A stretch of DNA of 64,000 bases, from positions 160,001 to 224,000 of the forward strand of contig JBNKCR010000098.1 of assembly GCA_050287845.1 (NCBI GenBank). The letters are read 5' to 3'. The position numbers and the translations under genes are program-made. The notes below the pieces were generated by a model. That model had not been told where the DNA came from. It did not search any database and worked only from the letters and a program-made list of their open reading frames with translations. Shown here piece by piece: positions 20,411 through 31,881 of this stretch. Numbering within the stretch: the first letter of the stretch is position 1; every line of letters starts with the position of its first letter. The DNA comes from Polyangia bacterium (GTDB lineage Bacteria; Myxococcota_A; Polyangia; JAAYKL01).

Positions 20411-22300
20411 GTGAATCAGAAGTTAAAAACAGTCGTGCTTTGGAGCCTGCTTATTGTGTTGGTCATCATTGTTATTGCCTTGATCAACAGCGAGCAGCAT
20501 GAGCGAACCGTTCCGTTCAGTGAATTTCAGAATGATTTGAATAGCGGAAAAGTGGAAGAAGTGACCATTCGTGGTCGAAAGTACAGCTATGTCCGTGAAA
20601 CTGAGACTGGTGCCAAACAGGATGTTCAAACCTTTGGGGTTGAACCGGATACGGCGTTCAATGAGAAATTGATGGCGTCGAATGTGAAAGTCAATTATCG
20701 GGAGCCGGAGGATGATGGCCTTTTCCAGAGCATGCTTCTGAGCAGTGTGCCGGTAATTCTGCTTCTCGCAGCCTTTTTTATTATCATGCGTCAGATGCAG
20801 GCTGGGGGCGGGAAGGCAATGAGTTTCGGTAAAAGCCGTGCCCGAATGATGAGTGATCACAGTAAGAAAATCACCTTCAAAGACGTGGCCGGTATTGACG
20901 AGGCACGCGAAGAATTTGAGGAAATTATTGATTTCCTGAAAGATCCTAAACATTTTCAGCGTCTGGGAGGACGAATTCCCAAAGGTGTGTTGCTGATGGG
21001 CAGCCCCGGAACCGGGAAAACACTCCTTGCCCGAGCCATTGCCGGCGAAGCGGGTGTTCCGTTTTTTTCCATCAGCGGTTCCGATTTTGTTGAAATGTTT
21101 GTGGGCGTCGGTGCATCCAGGGTGCGCGATTTGTTTGAACAGGGCAAAAAGAACGCTCCCTGTATTGTGTTTATTGATGAGATAGATGCGGTGGGGCGTC
21201 AACGCGGCGCCGGGTTGGGGGGCGGACATGATGAGCGAGAGCAGACGTTGAATCAACTTCTGGTTGAGATGGATGGTTTTGAGGCGAACGATGGTGTCAT
21301 TATCATTGCGGCGACAAACCGGCCTGATGTTCTTGATCCGGCGCTTTTACGTCCGGGGCGATTCGACAGACGGATTGTTGTACCCAGCCCGGATGTAAAA
21401 GGGCGGGAAGGCATTTTAAAGGTTCACACCAAAAGAACGCCGATGGCATCCGCCGTGGATTTGATGCTGCTTGCACGCGGCACTCCCGGATTTTCGGGTG
21501 CGGATTTGGAAAACCTTGTTAACGAGGCGGCGCTGCTGGCTGCCAGACGAAATAAAGATGTAGTGGAGATGGAGGATTTTGAGGACGCAAAAGATAAAGT
21601 GCTGATGGGCTCTGAGCGTCGGTCGATGATTATCAGCGATAGAGATAAGACCATCACAGCATATCATGAAGCGGGACATACCATTGTCGCGAGGCTGCTG
21701 AAAGGAACAGATCCGGTACACAAGGTGACCATCATTCCTCGGGGGCGCGCGTTGGGATTGACACAGCAATTGCCCACTGAGGACAGACTGAATTTGACCA
21801 AAACATATGTGCTTGGCAAAATTGCGGTGCTTATGGGCGGTCGCATTGCTGAGGAACTCGAGTTTGACGAATTGAGCACCGGAGCGGGTCAGGATATCAA
21901 GACGGCAACGGATCTGGCACGCCGCATGGTATGCGAGTGGGGGATGAACGAGGCGGTTGGACCGCTGTATCTGGGCGACCATCAGGAAACAGTCTTTCTG
22001 GGGCGGGAAATTGGTCAGGGGAAAGATTACTCCGAATCCACGGCACAGATGGTTGACGTTCAGGTGAAAAAAATCGTCATGGATCAATATACCCGCGCCG
22101 AAAAAATTCTCACCAGAAATAGAGCATCTCTGAAAATGATGAGCGAAGAACTGCTGATTGCCGAGACGATCGAATCAGAAAAAATAAATAGCATTCTTCA
22201 AAAATGTGGTGCGCAGAGCGACGAGGTTTCTTTCTTACAAAAGGAAGATGGCGCCTCGAAGATGCCCCCCATCACACCATCTCCCGTTCCGTCCGTTTAG
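20411..22300 (+). CDS. ftsH: ATP-dependent zinc metalloprotease FtsH
   Basis: Two TM helices, Walker [24 protein letters not shown] and HEAGH. Confidence 0.99.
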   Translation: MNQKLKTVVLWSLLIVLVIIVIALINSEQHERTVPFSEFQNDLNSGKVEEVTIRGRKYSYVRETETGAKQDVQTFGVEPDTAFNEKLMASNVKVNYREPEDDGLFQSMLLSSVPVILLLAAFFIIMRQMQAGGGKAMSFGKSRARMMSDHSKKITFKDVAGIDEAREEFEEIIDFLKDPKHFQRLGGRIPKGVLLMGSPGTGKTLLARAIAGEAGVPFFSISGSDFVEMFVGVGASRVRDLFEQGKKNAPCIVFIDEIDAVGRQRGAGLGGGHDEREQTLNQLLVEMDGFEANDGVIIIAATNRPDVLDPALLRPGRFDRRIVVPSPDVKGREGILKVHTKRTPMASAVDLMLLARGTPGFSGADLENLVNEAALLAARRNKDVVEMEDFEDAKDKVLMGSERRSMIISDRDKTITAYHEAGHTIVARLLKGTDPVHKVTIIPRGRALGLTQQLPTEDRLNLTKTYVLGKIAVLMGGRIAEELEFDELSTGAGQDIKTATDLARRMVCEWGMNEAVGPLYLGDHQETVFLGREIGQGKDYSESTAQMVDVQVKKIVMDQYTRAEKILTRNRASLKMMSEELLIAETIESEKINSILQKCGAQSDEVSFLQKEDGASKMPPITPSPVPSV

Positions 22301-22378
22301 GTTCTATTCAATATCGTCGACTTCACGTTGAACGGCGCCTTTCTCCCCAAGGTTGAATTGATTTGATTCACTCTGAAA

Positions 22379-24082
22379 TCAGTGTTGATTCATCGGAGAA
22401 GCGCTTGACCGTCTGCTGCGGGGCGGGATTCGGTAAATGGCTGCGAGCAATTCCGCCGGACGAAATGGTCGTTTCAGAAAGGGGATTGTTTTGCCCGATG
22501 CTAAAGCCAAAGCGGTATTATTGGCTGCGGACTCATCGCCAGTGCAGATGAAGTGCTGAGCCAGAGCGGGGTATGTCGTTACCATCTCTGTATAAAAGTC
22601 ATTAAACTCAGTGAAAATTGCGGTAGCGTCACAAACGACAATATCGAGCGTCCCACTGAACTGTTCGATTTGAACACGTGCATCTTCAAACGATGCAGCG
22701 GTGATTACATCGTGAAGCTGGCCAAAAGACATGGCATACGCTTCCAGGTGTTCCCTGTTCTGATCTACAAAAAGAATGCTTCGGTGCGCCTTCACGAACT
22801 CATTTGAAGATCTGGAAAATGCCACTGTCGCCATTGGCGGGGGAGAAGACTTCAGCATTCGCTTCAGTGGAAACTTCACGATGAAACTCGTGCCTTCCCC
22901 TACCGTGCTGATGACTTCCACTGTCCCTCCATGTTCTGCAACAAGTTCTTTAACGATAGAGAGCCCGATGCCGGATCCTTCTCCGGGACCTAGTCCGGAA
23001 AGGGTAACAAAGCGATCGAATATTTTTTTAAGATTTTCCGGCGGAATGCCAATGCCGGAATCTGCTACCTCGATGACAGCATGCGAGTCATCCTCATATC
23101 CGTTTATTTTTATATAGTTGCGATCTGGAATATTCTCCCGGATAGCTCGGCTGGCATTCGTAAGCAGATTGATAAACACCTGAATCAGGCGGTTGGCTTT
23201 TCCGGTAATTGTCAGGTTTTCCGGAATATTCACTGTCACCGTGGCTTTATGCTTGATTCGGTGACGGACAATTCTCAGCGCGGAATTCACCACACCAACC
23301 AGTTTTACCGGCTGCGGTTTTACGTCATCGCTTCGGCCCAGCGAGTGTAGATCCGAGGATAGTTGCATCAGCAAATCAACGGCTTCCTGGGTTGGCCCAA
23401 GATTCTTGAGCAATGTTTCCAGCTCTTCATTGACTTTGTCCGGTGAATTTGCAGGGGCGTTGGTGCGAATTATTTTTTCAATTTCCGAAACAGTGAACGG
23501 GATGGTCATTGACAGAAGTGACAATGGGTTATTTATCTCATGGGCAATTCCGGCAGAAAGATACCCAATGGAGGCAAGTCGTTCAGACTGAACTCGCCGT
23601 TGCTCCGATTCCTTTATCTGCTCAAGCGCCTGTATGAGATCTGCATTTGTGACTTCAAGCTCCTGAGTGCGTTGTGTCAAATCTTTTCTCAGGGCGGCCG
23701 TTTCAAGCGCACGATTAATATCATTCCGCAGTGCATCAAGGTCGAACGGCTTTTTAATGTACCTGAATACATTCAGCTCAACCGATTTAATCGCGGATTC
23801 CGTATCGGAATATCCGGTGATGACAATTGACTCTCCATCGAACTCAAGGTTTCGCGCTGCTTCGATGAATTCAAGCCCGGAACCATCTGGCAGATTTTTG
23901 TCCACCAGTAGCAGGTCAACCGCATGTGATGTGAACTGCTCAAATGCCTCGGCTTTCGATGACGCGGCAAGTACCCGGTGCCCGTCTCGTTCGAGCACGC
24001 GGCGAAGCAGATCTCTTACCATTTCCTCATCGTCAACAAGCAAAATGGTGTTTGAGGTATCAAAATGAAATGAATCAATCAT
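22379..24082 (-). CDS. Hybrid sensor kinase REC-HisKA-HATPase with a degenerate C-terminal REC
   Basis: LLVDKNLPDG receiver, AHEINNPL H-box and N/G boxes. The C-terminal REC has DQ and 'KRPF' variants. Confidence 0.92.
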   Translation of the reverse strand: MIDSFHFDTSNTILLVDDEEMVRDLLRRVLERDGHRVLAASSKAEAFEQFTSHAVDLLLVDKNLPDGSGLEFIEAARNLEFDGESIVITGYSDTESAIKSVELNVFRYIKKPFDLDALRNDINRALETAALRKDLTQRTQELEVTNADLIQALEQIKESEQRRVQSERLASIGYLSAGIAHEINNPLSLLSMTIPFTVSEIEKIIRTNAPANSPDKVNEELETLLKNLGPTQEAVDLLMQLSSDLHSLGRSDDVKPQPVKLVGVVNSALRIVRHRIKHKATVTVNIPENLTITGKANRLIQVFINLLTNASRAIRENIPDRNYIKINGYEDDSHAVIEVADSGIGIPPENLKKIFDRFVTLSGLGPGEGSGIGLSIVKELVAEHGGTVEVISTVGEGTSFIVKFPLKRMLKSSPPPMATVAFSRSSNEFVKAHRSILFVDQNREHLEAYAMSFGQLHDVITAASFEDARVQIEQFSGTLDIVVCDATAIFTEFNDFYTEMVTTYPALAQHFICTGDESAANNTALALASGKTIPFLKRPFRPAELLAAIYRIPPRSRRSSASPMNQH

Positions 24083-24271
24083 ATGGTCACATTTATACTG
24101 GAATTTCGAATGCTGTGCAACTCAATCACATTGGAATCATACCGGGATAAGCGAAATCACCGCGGGCGGCGTGCAGTGCTGTCCGTTCTTTTTTCCATTT
24201 ACTCAACTGCAATAAGGTTGGGGGGATTGCGTCGTGTTGTAATGTGTTTTTTCGTTGATCCGTGATGCGGT

Positions 24272-25705
24272 TTGGGTCATACAAGCCCTATGTGCTATCG
24301 GTTACTCCTGACAGTTATTGCCATGATTGTATATAGCGCCGGCCTCAGCGCTGCAGGCCCGGCCGAAAATCCCGAAAAACATGCAGACTTTGGTGGAACG
24401 CCGGATTTGGTGCTTTCGGGCGACGTGGGAATGGACCTGGAAGAGCTGAATGGCCTTTTGTTGAAGTTAACGTCCGAATCATTGGCGGATCGGGTGAATG
24501 CCGCCAGTGAGATTAAGCGAAATGCGGGCGGATGTGAGGCGGTGATGCGCCAGAGTCTCTGGCACGCAGGAGAAGTCAATCATCGCGAGATAAAAAACGT
24601 TATGAAAAATGTGTCCGCTGTCAGCGCCGGTGATGGCGGTGTGCTCGGTGCCTTGCTGCAGATGCCTCCGGGGGATGTGGCGGTTGAGACCACCACGCGG
24701 ATTGCAACGCTACTGGTGGCGCTGCATTCGCTGGATTCCATGGCGGGGTACAAGGTGTTGCTGGATTTTTCGGCACGATATGCAGGCGCATTTCGCGGAT
24801 TCATTGGAGAGCTGATGGTGCAGGCGGGATTGAAGGCATTGCCAGCGTTGATATACGGTCGAGGGAGCCAGAACCGGGAGCTGCATATGTTTTCGGTGGC
24901 GTGGATTCGGGATATGGGAGATCCCTTACTCAGTGAGCAGATCCAGGGCATTCGCAGTTCCCGAAGGCTCGCGCAGTTGCTGGAGGCCTATGCCTCCGTC
25001 AACGAGCTTGATGCCATTGATGTAACGCTTTCCTGTGCGAATCATGAATCGGAGATAGTGCGAAAGGCAGCTCGTGCGTCGTTGGCTGCTTATGGCAAAA
25101 ATGCCAAATGGTCTATACATCGGGAATACGAAAATGCTTTCGGTGACGAACCGGAAAGCGGTGACTACGAGCAGTGGGCGGCAACACTTTACGACGCGTG
25201 GGATAACGCGCGAGAATCAAAGACCATAGCCCTTTATGAAAAAGGGAAAGCAGCCGCGGGCAGGAACCATTTTGAAGAAATGGATTCGGCATATCGGGAG
25301 CTGCTTTTCAATTCGCCGCTTCATCCTCGTCGAACCGGGATTGCGGAGGACTATCTTCGCTATGCCGCCGTGCTGGCTGAGAAAGGTGAAAGTCACAAAG
25401 CATTGCTGGCAACCCAGATGGCAAGGCGCCTGTCAGAGGAAGACAGTACCGCGTTTCAGGAAGCGAGCGGGCGACTGATTTGGCTCCATGCAGAGAAAAT
25501 GCGAAAAAATGGCGCACTTGATATAGCCGCATACAGGATTCTGGACGACGATGCCACACTGGAAGATGACACGTCGAAATGGGCTACCTATGGCATGAGG
25601 AAAGACAGCGACGATGCTGCCATACCTGTTTCGGTTGTCCCGGTATCGCTGATGGTATTTTTCGGATGTCTGCTGTTGTACTGGCGTGTACGGATTCGCT
25701 CATGA
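24272..25705 (+). CDS. Hypothetical exported helical-repeat (HEAT/TPR-like) protein with a C-terminal membrane anchor
   Basis: 477-aa ORF with a signal peptide, alpha-helical repeats and a C-terminal TM plus basic tail. ATGA overlap with acyP. Start could be 24290. Confidence 0.7.
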   Translation: MGHTSPMCYRLLLTVIAMIVYSAGLSAAGPAENPEKHADFGGTPDLVLSGDVGMDLEELNGLLLKLTSESLADRVNAASEIKRNAGGCEAVMRQSLWHAGEVNHREIKNVMKNVSAVSAGDGGVLGALLQMPPGDVAVETTTRIATLLVALHSLDSMAGYKVLLDFSARYAGAFRGFIGELMVQAGLKALPALIYGRGSQNRELHMFSVAWIRDMGDPLLSEQIQGIRSSRRLAQLLEAYASVNELDAIDVTLSCANHESEIVRKAARASLAAYGKNAKWSIHREYENAFGDEPESGDYEQWAATLYDAWDNARESKTIALYEKGKAAAGRNHFEEMDSAYRELLFNSPLHPRRTGIAEDYLRYAAVLAEKGESHKALLATQMARRLSEEDSTAFQEASGRLIWLHAEKMRKNGALDIAAYRILDDDATLEDDTSKWATYGMRKDSDDAAIPVSVVPVSLMVFFGCLLLYWRVRIRS

Positions 25706-25992
25706 AAGAAATTCATGCGCTGATAAGTGGTCGCGTACAGGGAGTATGTTACCGATATTATACCCGTCAAACGGGGCGACAACTCGGTGTACGCGGCTGG
25801 GTGAGAAACCGAACTGATGGCCGGGTTGAGGTTGTTGCTTCAGGTGCGGAAGATGCAATGGATGCGTTCGAACGCTGGCTTTCAACCGGGCCTCCAATGG
25901 CGCAGGTGTCCAATGTGGAAATTATATCCCGCGAACGGCCAGTTTCACAAATCGGATTCGAAATTATCGGAGACGGTGACGACCCTGCCTGA
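25702..25992 (+). CDS. acyP: Acylphosphatase
   Basis: ISGRVQGV.YR, GWVRN..DGRVE and GPP.A.V motifs. Confidence 0.95.
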   Translation: MKEIHALISGRVQGVCYRYYTRQTGRQLGVRGWVRNRTDGRVEVVASGAEDAMDAFERWLSTGPPMAQVSNVEIISRERPVSQIGFEIIGDGDDPA

Positions 25993-26002
25993 ACAATTGG
26001 GG

Positions 26003-27295
26003 CTACTTTCTGATGGGCCCAAGGTGGGTAATGTACCAGGTCTGGCCCCAATTAATGAGAACATGAATTTCGAAACGACGCTTCTGGCCATTCGTCGAGG
26101 ATACCGAAACCGTATTGCGGCTGCACGACCAATATCCCACTTTATTCGCCTCTATTCCCGGTGCTTTCCATTTGCAGTTGCCCAGCGAAATATCGTCCAC
26201 TTTCCAGTCGCCCGTTGAAAACCGTTTCCGCTCGCGATCGAAATCTTCTTTGTACCAGTCCACCAGTTTGCGGTGATACCGGGCGGGGCTGGGGGAATCC
26301 TTCACAATATCGAACGCGTCGGCGGGAAAGAAAAACGACATGGCTTTCTCCACGTTATTGCCGACGTACCCATCGAGCAGGTTTCGGGCACCGGTCAATG
26401 CCGAATCACTGGACGGCATTTCACCTTTACTGGTGTTTTCTGGCGGTATCTGCTGTTGCTGAGAGCTGCTTTCGCCTGCCCCGCCTTCCGGGGTTTCTTC
26501 CGAATCGCTCACATCCAGGTTGGGATGCTTGCCCAGCATAAATGGAAACGTGAATCCTCTGAAGCAGGCTGAAAATGGCTCAAGCGCCAGCTGGTCAACA
26601 CTCGCTTCCAGACGCGTGACTACGCATTTTTCGGTATCGGTACCTGCAAATTTGTCCAATGCCCTGGCACTGATCAGTCTGCCATCGCCGGAGATAACCA
26701 TCCGGGTCATCATTGGTTCGATTATATTGGAATCGTGGCAGGATGCCACTTTTCTGGTGAGGCTTCCAAGGGTATTCTGATACTCCCTGATATTCGGATA
26801 GTACGGCAATTCTGCGTTGGCGGACGGCTCTTCCGGTTCTGCGCACTGAATCCCCATGGCTTTCATTTTCTTCAGCAGGTTCAACCTGTTTTTTACACCG
26901 TTGGTCAGGTTGGCAGGTGCTGCGGTATCTTCGAGTACTCGGATGGATTCGGAAAACATCTCCTCGGCTTCTTTGTATTTTCCGATTCGAACCAGAACAG
27001 ATGCCTGGTCATCCAGCGCTGAACCGTAAATGGTACTGTGGGGTTCAGTCAGCTTGATCGCCTCTTTCAAAACAGTAAGCGCCTTGCCATTATGGCCCAC
27101 TTTTTTCAACTGATATGCTTCTTTGGTCAGTTTCTGATACTCGGCCTTCCCGCGGGGAAGGGGAGTGCCAGCCGAATCCGATGCCTCCTTGCTGCCGTTG
27201 CATGCCAGGACCGCAACAGCGGTGCACAGGCAGAGCCATCGCAGAATCAACTGCCGTCGTCGCCAGGATCGTTGAGTGATGATTTCGGTTGTCAT
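26003..27295 (-). CDS. Lipoprotein: TPR + AgmX/PglI(TonB-C)-like domain + uncharacterised C-terminal domain
   Basis: Lipobox VLAC, TPR-like 'G.YKEAEEMFSESI', a Cys-bracketed TonB-C-like segment and an acidic linker. AGGAG SD. Confidence 0.65.
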   Translation of the reverse strand: MTTEIITQRSWRRRQLILRWLCLCTAVAVLACNGSKEASDSAGTPLPRGKAEYQKLTKEAYQLKKVGHNGKALTVLKEAIKLTEPHSTIYGSALDDQASVLVRIGKYKEAEEMFSESIRVLEDTAAPANLTNGVKNRLNLLKKMKAMGIQCAEPEEPSANAELPYYPNIREYQNTLGSLTRKVASCHDSNIIEPMMTRMVISGDGRLISARALDKFAGTDTEKCVVTRLEASVDQLALEPFSACFRGFTFPFMLGKHPNLDVSDSEETPEGGAGESSSQQQQIPPENTSKGEMPSSDSALTGARNLLDGYVGNNVEKAMSFFFPADAFDIVKDSPSPARYHRKLVDWYKEDFDRERKRFSTGDWKVDDISLGNCKWKAPGIEANKVGYWSCSRNTVSVSSTNGQKRRFEIHVLINWGQTWYITHLGPIRK

Positions 27296-27425
27296 GTCTG
27301 TTTTCTCCTGTGTTCACCGGGTTCTGGTTCCATAGATTTTGACCGCGGAATATAATACGATGTCACGTTGATTACAATGGTCGGATTCTGGACCTGACAA
27401 GGGGGTTGCTGGTACAAATCCCTCA

Positions 27426-28160
27426 ATGAGGTTGGTCCACCAAAGTACTGTGGCATTTCTGACACTGGGACTTCTGTTGCCAGGGGTATTGTTTATTATC
27501 GGCGCGATCGCGTCTGCCGACTCGCAAAAATGCGGTGGACAACGTTCGGTTTCTGTGACGGAATCCGATACGGAGCAGGCGTTGTTTTTTCCGGGAGGGG
27601 GCGAAATATTGACTGTCTGCGAATCGGGAGAAACGGCGGTGCGCGGATGCGGTCCCGGCAGCTACCATACTGCAAAGCCCGAAAAAGTGTATGGGAGCTG
27701 GGGGGAAGTCAAACGTCCCGGCGTGGTGTTGCCCATCACGACTCTTTTTAACGCTCATACCCGAGAATCTCTGCCTGTTTTTGATGCGCCGAAGGTGAAA
27801 CCGTCTCTGTTACAGCATTTTTTCAGGTGTCGGGGATTCGGCGAAACGGTGGAGATGGCACCGGTGCTGCTGGAAACGGTTCTAGCCGCTGCCAGAAATT
27901 TCGAAGCGAGACGGACCACCATTATTTCAGGATATCGTTCACCCAAGTTCAACGATACCCTGGCAAAAAAGGGACGACGAGTCGCCACTGAATCCAGACA
28001 CATGAAAGGTCAGGCTGTGGATTTTCGTCTCGATACTGTTTCCGCGGATCAGCTGGGACCGTGGTTGCGCAGCCATTTCAATGGGGGCGTGGGTACATAT
28101 CGGGCGGACAATTTTGTGCACATTGATGTCGGACCGAGGCGCAGCTGGGAAGGCCACTGA
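27426..28160 (+). CDS. DUF882/YcbK (peptidase M15A-like) protein
   Basis: IISGYRSP, S.HM.GQAVD and FVHIDVG zinc-ligand motifs. Confidence 0.9.
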   Translation: MRLVHQSTVAFLTLGLLLPGVLFIIGAIASADSQKCGGQRSVSVTESDTEQALFFPGGGEILTVCESGETAVRGCGPGSYHTAKPEKVYGSWGEVKRPGVVLPITTLFNAHTRESLPVFDAPKVKPSLLQHFFRCRGFGETVEMAPVLLETVLAAARNFEARRTTIISGYRSPKFNDTLAKKGRRVATESRHMKGQAVDFRLDTVSADQLGPWLRSHFNGGVGTYRADNFVHIDVGPRRSWEGH

Positions 28161-28298
28161 GTTCGGGCGCTTTTCGCTGGCAAATATTTGGGGACGCAAG
28201 CGGTGGCCATCGGAATCGAATGAACCGAATGGCGAGGGCCCTGCAAATTTACGTGAATCAGGTTGGATAAACGAGCGATAGGTATTATAGATAAATGT

Positions 28299-28910
28299 AT
28301 GAGTAACCAGCCTAACAAACCCGGAATTTTCAGATTGTCCCCTCGCCAAATCGCCATTCTCGCCATTGTGGTTTCGGCTTTTGGTATATTCGTTGTTTAT
28401 TATTTTTCAGGAATCCATGAAGGATTGAGCCATTTTCAGGCTGCCGAATTTCAGATAGTTGCCCCGGATTTTGAAGCGAATGATAAAACGGCGCGGAAGA
28501 TTTCTGATTTCACCCTCGAAGATTCTCTGGCGCAGAAGGTGAAATTGAGCCAATTTGATTCTATTGATGTTCTCGTTGTGAATATCTGGAGTGCCGGTTG
28601 TGCGGTATGTCGGCAGGAAATTCCGTCGTTGACCGAACTTGATCGACGATTGGCTGGCATGGATGATGTGGCTCTCATCACAATTGCCGTAGCGGAAAAT
28701 TTCGAGGAAGTTGCCAGTTATTTTCCCCGGGGAACGAATTTGCGAATACTTTTTGACAAAGACAATAAGATTGCTGGCGATGTTTTTGGCACCGAAAAAT
28801 ACCCCGAAACCTTCATTCTGGATCGGCAACGTCGAATCAGGGCCCGATTTGATGGGGCGCGCAACTGGCACGGGGATGCATTTGTAAGCTATGTGGAATC
28901 ATTCATGTAG
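28299..28910 (+). CDS. TlpA-family thiol:disulfide oxidoreductase
   Basis: N-terminal TM, NIW...CAVCRQEIP and YPETFILD. Confidence 0.92.
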   Translation: MSNQPNKPGIFRLSPRQIAILAIVVSAFGIFVVYYFSGIHEGLSHFQAAEFQIVAPDFEANDKTARKISDFTLEDSLAQKVKLSQFDSIDVLVVNIWSAGCAVCRQEIPSLTELDRRLAGMDDVALITIAVAENFEEVASYFPRGTNLRILFDKDNKIAGDVFGTEKYPETFILDRQRRIRARFDGARNWHGDAFVSYVESFM

Positions 28911-29144
28911 TAATCTGCCATGAAGAAATCGGACATCTCGAAATTGGGACTGTTTCAGAATTCCATTGTGCGAATATTTTTAACAATTGAATTTTTACAG
29001 ACAAGATAAAGTATTATAATATAATATAGTGTTTAGTTTGCGTTTGACTTGGATTGCTGCACAGATTATGGCAAATGGTGGAACGGCAGTTGTCGGTACA
29101 TACCAGCAGATGCGAGTTGGTGAGCTTACAGGGAGCGATTTGAG

Positions 29145-30380
29145 ATGAAGAACGTTACAGACAACAGATTGCGAAGAACTGTGGCGGATAGCATCGGACT
29201 GGATGAAGAGAAACAACGGGCGATAATTGACGACGTCCAAATCGTGAGTGAAAACGATTATTCCATAAAGATGTCAGCAACCAATCGAGATACCTTTGAC
29301 CAGATCATAAATCATGTGCTCTGGCCGAACGAAAGTTTGTCAGTATCCGCTTCTGATGCCATCCGGGCGCGTCTGGAGGAAGATCCCGAACACTCGGATA
29401 CTGGTGCGATATGGCCGCAGCGTTCGTCCACCCTTGTGCTCAACGACGTGGCTCCCACAGGGCGTCCTGTGAGAGCGTCAGGCTTTGCATACGACACGTC
29501 ATATCATTTTATTTCCGAGATCCCATCTGCGCCGAAATCAGTTTTATCGCCTGACAAGGCATCGGAAGAATCGGCGCCAACAACAACCGACACCGTAACA
29601 AAGGCCAAGGAACTTGACGGACGGGACGCCCTCCTGCCGGCGGTGGAGAATTCGGCTGCGTCATCGGACCAGCCTTCTGCATCTGTCCGTAAGAAAGCAG
29701 CGGTATATCCCAAAAAAAACTCCGACGAAATGTTGCAGACGGTTCTCACCTCTGTGCCTCCGCCATTTAAACCGACGACCGGGAGGTATCGGAAGCTGAT
29801 TGTTGGACTGTCAGCGGCAGCGGTTCTGGTTGCCGGGTTCACGGTGTATTTGATTGTGTCGCAGATGGATCGCCCTGATGAACCGGCTGCTAATGTGGTC
29901 TCTGCAGTGATGGTGCAGCCGTTGGCGGATGAGCCGGGAACAATTGTCCAGCCGATATCCGGAAAAGTGGTATCCAGGCAGATGAGCAAGTCCGACACAG
30001 ATGTGAAGTCGAGGGACAATGGTGCGGGACAGACGGGGAAAAATGCTGGCGTCCCAGGTCACAGGAGTGTGCTTTCAACGTTGCCCGGCCATGTGAAAGT
30101 AACCGCTCTGGATGGTACCAGTTCGGGCGGCCCTGGGGTGGAGAAGGTTGAAACTGCATTGCTGACGGTGGTATCAGAGGTGGAAAACTGCGAAATTCCG
30201 GATTCGGGCACCCCGGCGGTTCGACTGGTTGTGGACGGCAATGGAAAAGTCATCACTGCAACTGTAGTCGGCAATTCTTTCGCAAACACCGCTGCAGGAA
30301 ATTGTGCCATGGAGACCGTGCGTAAGGCAACGTTCCCGTCGTCAGACCTGGGAAGCTACATGATTCAGTATGCTTTTTAA
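29145..30380 (+). CDS. Single-pass membrane protein with a C-terminal AgmX/PglI(TonB-C)-like domain
   Basis: Low-complexity N-region, one TM helix, then 'C...VRLVVDGNGKV..A.V...FANT..GNC....RKATFP......YAF'. Confidence 0.7.
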   Translation: MKNVTDNRLRRTVADSIGLDEEKQRAIIDDVQIVSENDYSIKMSATNRDTFDQIINHVLWPNESLSVSASDAIRARLEEDPEHSDTGAIWPQRSSTLVLNDVAPTGRPVRASGFAYDTSYHFISEIPSAPKSVLSPDKASEESAPTTTDTVTKAKELDGRDALLPAVENSAASSDQPSASVRKKAAVYPKKNSDEMLQTVLTSVPPPFKPTTGRYRKLIVGLSAAAVLVAGFTVYLIVSQMDRPDEPAANVVSAVMVQPLADEPGTIVQPISGKVVSRQMSKSDTDVKSRDNGAGQTGKNAGVPGHRSVLSTLPGHVKVTALDGTSSGGPGVEKVETALLTVVSEVENCEIPDSGTPAVRLVVDGNGKVITATVVGNSFANTAAGNCAMETVRKATFPSSDLGSYMIQYAF

Positions 30381-30489
30381 TTTTGACCCGAATCAGAAGC
30401 AATTCACAATCTTCATGAATGAATAGACCATTTGAATTTGAATGACAGGTCAACAGATGGATGGGTGATTCCGGTGTCGGAATTCCGGG

Positions 30490-31722
30490 TCAGCGTTTTA
30501 TGCGGGAAGCGGCTGCTTTGAGGCGAACGGCGTTGATTCGGATGAATCCCTGCGCGTCTTTCTGATCGTATCCCCCTTCGATGTCCATGCTTGACATATC
30601 TTCGTTGTACAGGGAGTTCGGGCTTTTTCGGCCTGTCACATACACGCCGCCCTTGTACAGCTTCAGAGAAACCACCCCATCCACGTATTCCTGACTCTTG
30701 TCAATAATGCTGTTGAGGAAATCCATTTCCGGGCTGAACCAGAAACCGTTGTAAATGGCATCGGCGTATTTCTGGACAATCATATCCCGAATGCGCATGA
30801 CTTCACGATCCATGGTGACCCCTTCGAGATCCCGGTGAGCGTGAAGCAGAATGGTGCCCCCGGGGGTTTCGTACACGCCGCGGGATTTCAGCCCGACAAA
30901 ACGGTTTTCCACAATGTCAACCCGTCCGATTCCGTTGTCATGCCCCAACTGGTTCAGATACAGGAAAAGTTCAAGTGGCTTTTCTACGGTAGTACCGTCT
31001 TCCTCGTTTTCCACTTTTACCGGTATCCCTTTTTCGAATGTGACATTGATATTGGTCGCCTTGTCCGGCGCATCCTCCGGGGCAACGGTTTTGCTGAAAA
31101 CTTCTTTGGGGGGCCTGAAGAAGGGATCTTCAAGGACGCCGGCCTCATGGCTGATGTGCAGCAGATTATCATCTTCACTGTACGGTTTTTTGTGGGTAAC
31201 CGAGGTCTGAATCCCGTGTTTGGCTGCATAGTTCAGCAGATCTGTTCTTCCTTTGAACTCGTCCAGGAACTCCTGCATTTTCCATGGGGCAATGACTTTC
31301 ACGTCGGGTTTCAGTGCATAAAATCCCAATTCAAATCGAACCTGGTCATTTCCCTTGCCTGTTGCGCCATGGGACACAAATTCTGCATTTTCTTTTTCTG
31401 CAATCTCAATATGGCGTTTGGCGATAATCGGTCTGGCGATGCTGGTCCCCAGCAAATACTGGCCTTCGTATACTGTATTGGCTTTGAACATCTGGAAGAT
31501 ATAATCCGTGACAAATTCTTCCTTGAGGTCTTCCACATATACTTTGCTCGCACCAATTTTCAGCGCTTTTTCCCTGGCTGCTTCAAAGTTGTCATCCTGG
31601 CCGACATCGGCGATATACGCGATAACCTCAAAATTTCTTTCGAGTAACCATTTCAGAATGATTGAAGTATCAAGACCGCCGCTATAGGCGAGAACCACTT
31701 TTTTTCTGGCTTCTGTGTTCAT
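30490..31722 (-). CDS. argG: Argininosuccinate synthase
   Basis: [24 protein letters not shown] and [11 protein letters not shown] motifs. Confidence 0.99.
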   Translation of the reverse strand: MNTEARKKVVLAYSGGLDTSIILKWLLERNFEVIAYIADVGQDDNFEAAREKALKIGASKVYVEDLKEEFVTDYIFQMFKANTVYEGQYLLGTSIARPIIAKRHIEIAEKENAEFVSHGATGKGNDQVRFELGFYALKPDVKVIAPWKMQEFLDEFKGRTDLLNYAAKHGIQTSVTHKKPYSEDDNLLHISHEAGVLEDPFFRPPKEVFSKTVAPEDAPDKATNINVTFEKGIPVKVENEEDGTTVEKPLELFLYLNQLGHDNGIGRVDIVENRFVGLKSRGVYETPGGTILLHAHRDLEGVTMDREVMRIRDMIVQKYADAIYNGFWFSPEMDFLNSIIDKSQEYVDGVVSLKLYKGGVYVTGRKSPNSLYNEDMSSMDIEGGYDQKDAQGFIRINAVRLKAAASRIKR

Positions 31723-31881
31723 AATATACCTCTCATTACCCCGGTTAAAAAAGGGATGGCTTATGTAACATGAAACCTGTGCGAGAAAAATTCATAAATT
31801 TGATTTATTGATGATTGGCAGAGCAAAGATCTCCGCCGGGTGCCCGACGAACACAGTCGTTAGGGGAGGAGCGGCACACCG

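Noticed and set aside
31779..31797. ARG box upstream of argG
   Set aside because: Only one half-site (ATGAAT) matches; the other half is poor and there is no tandem box.
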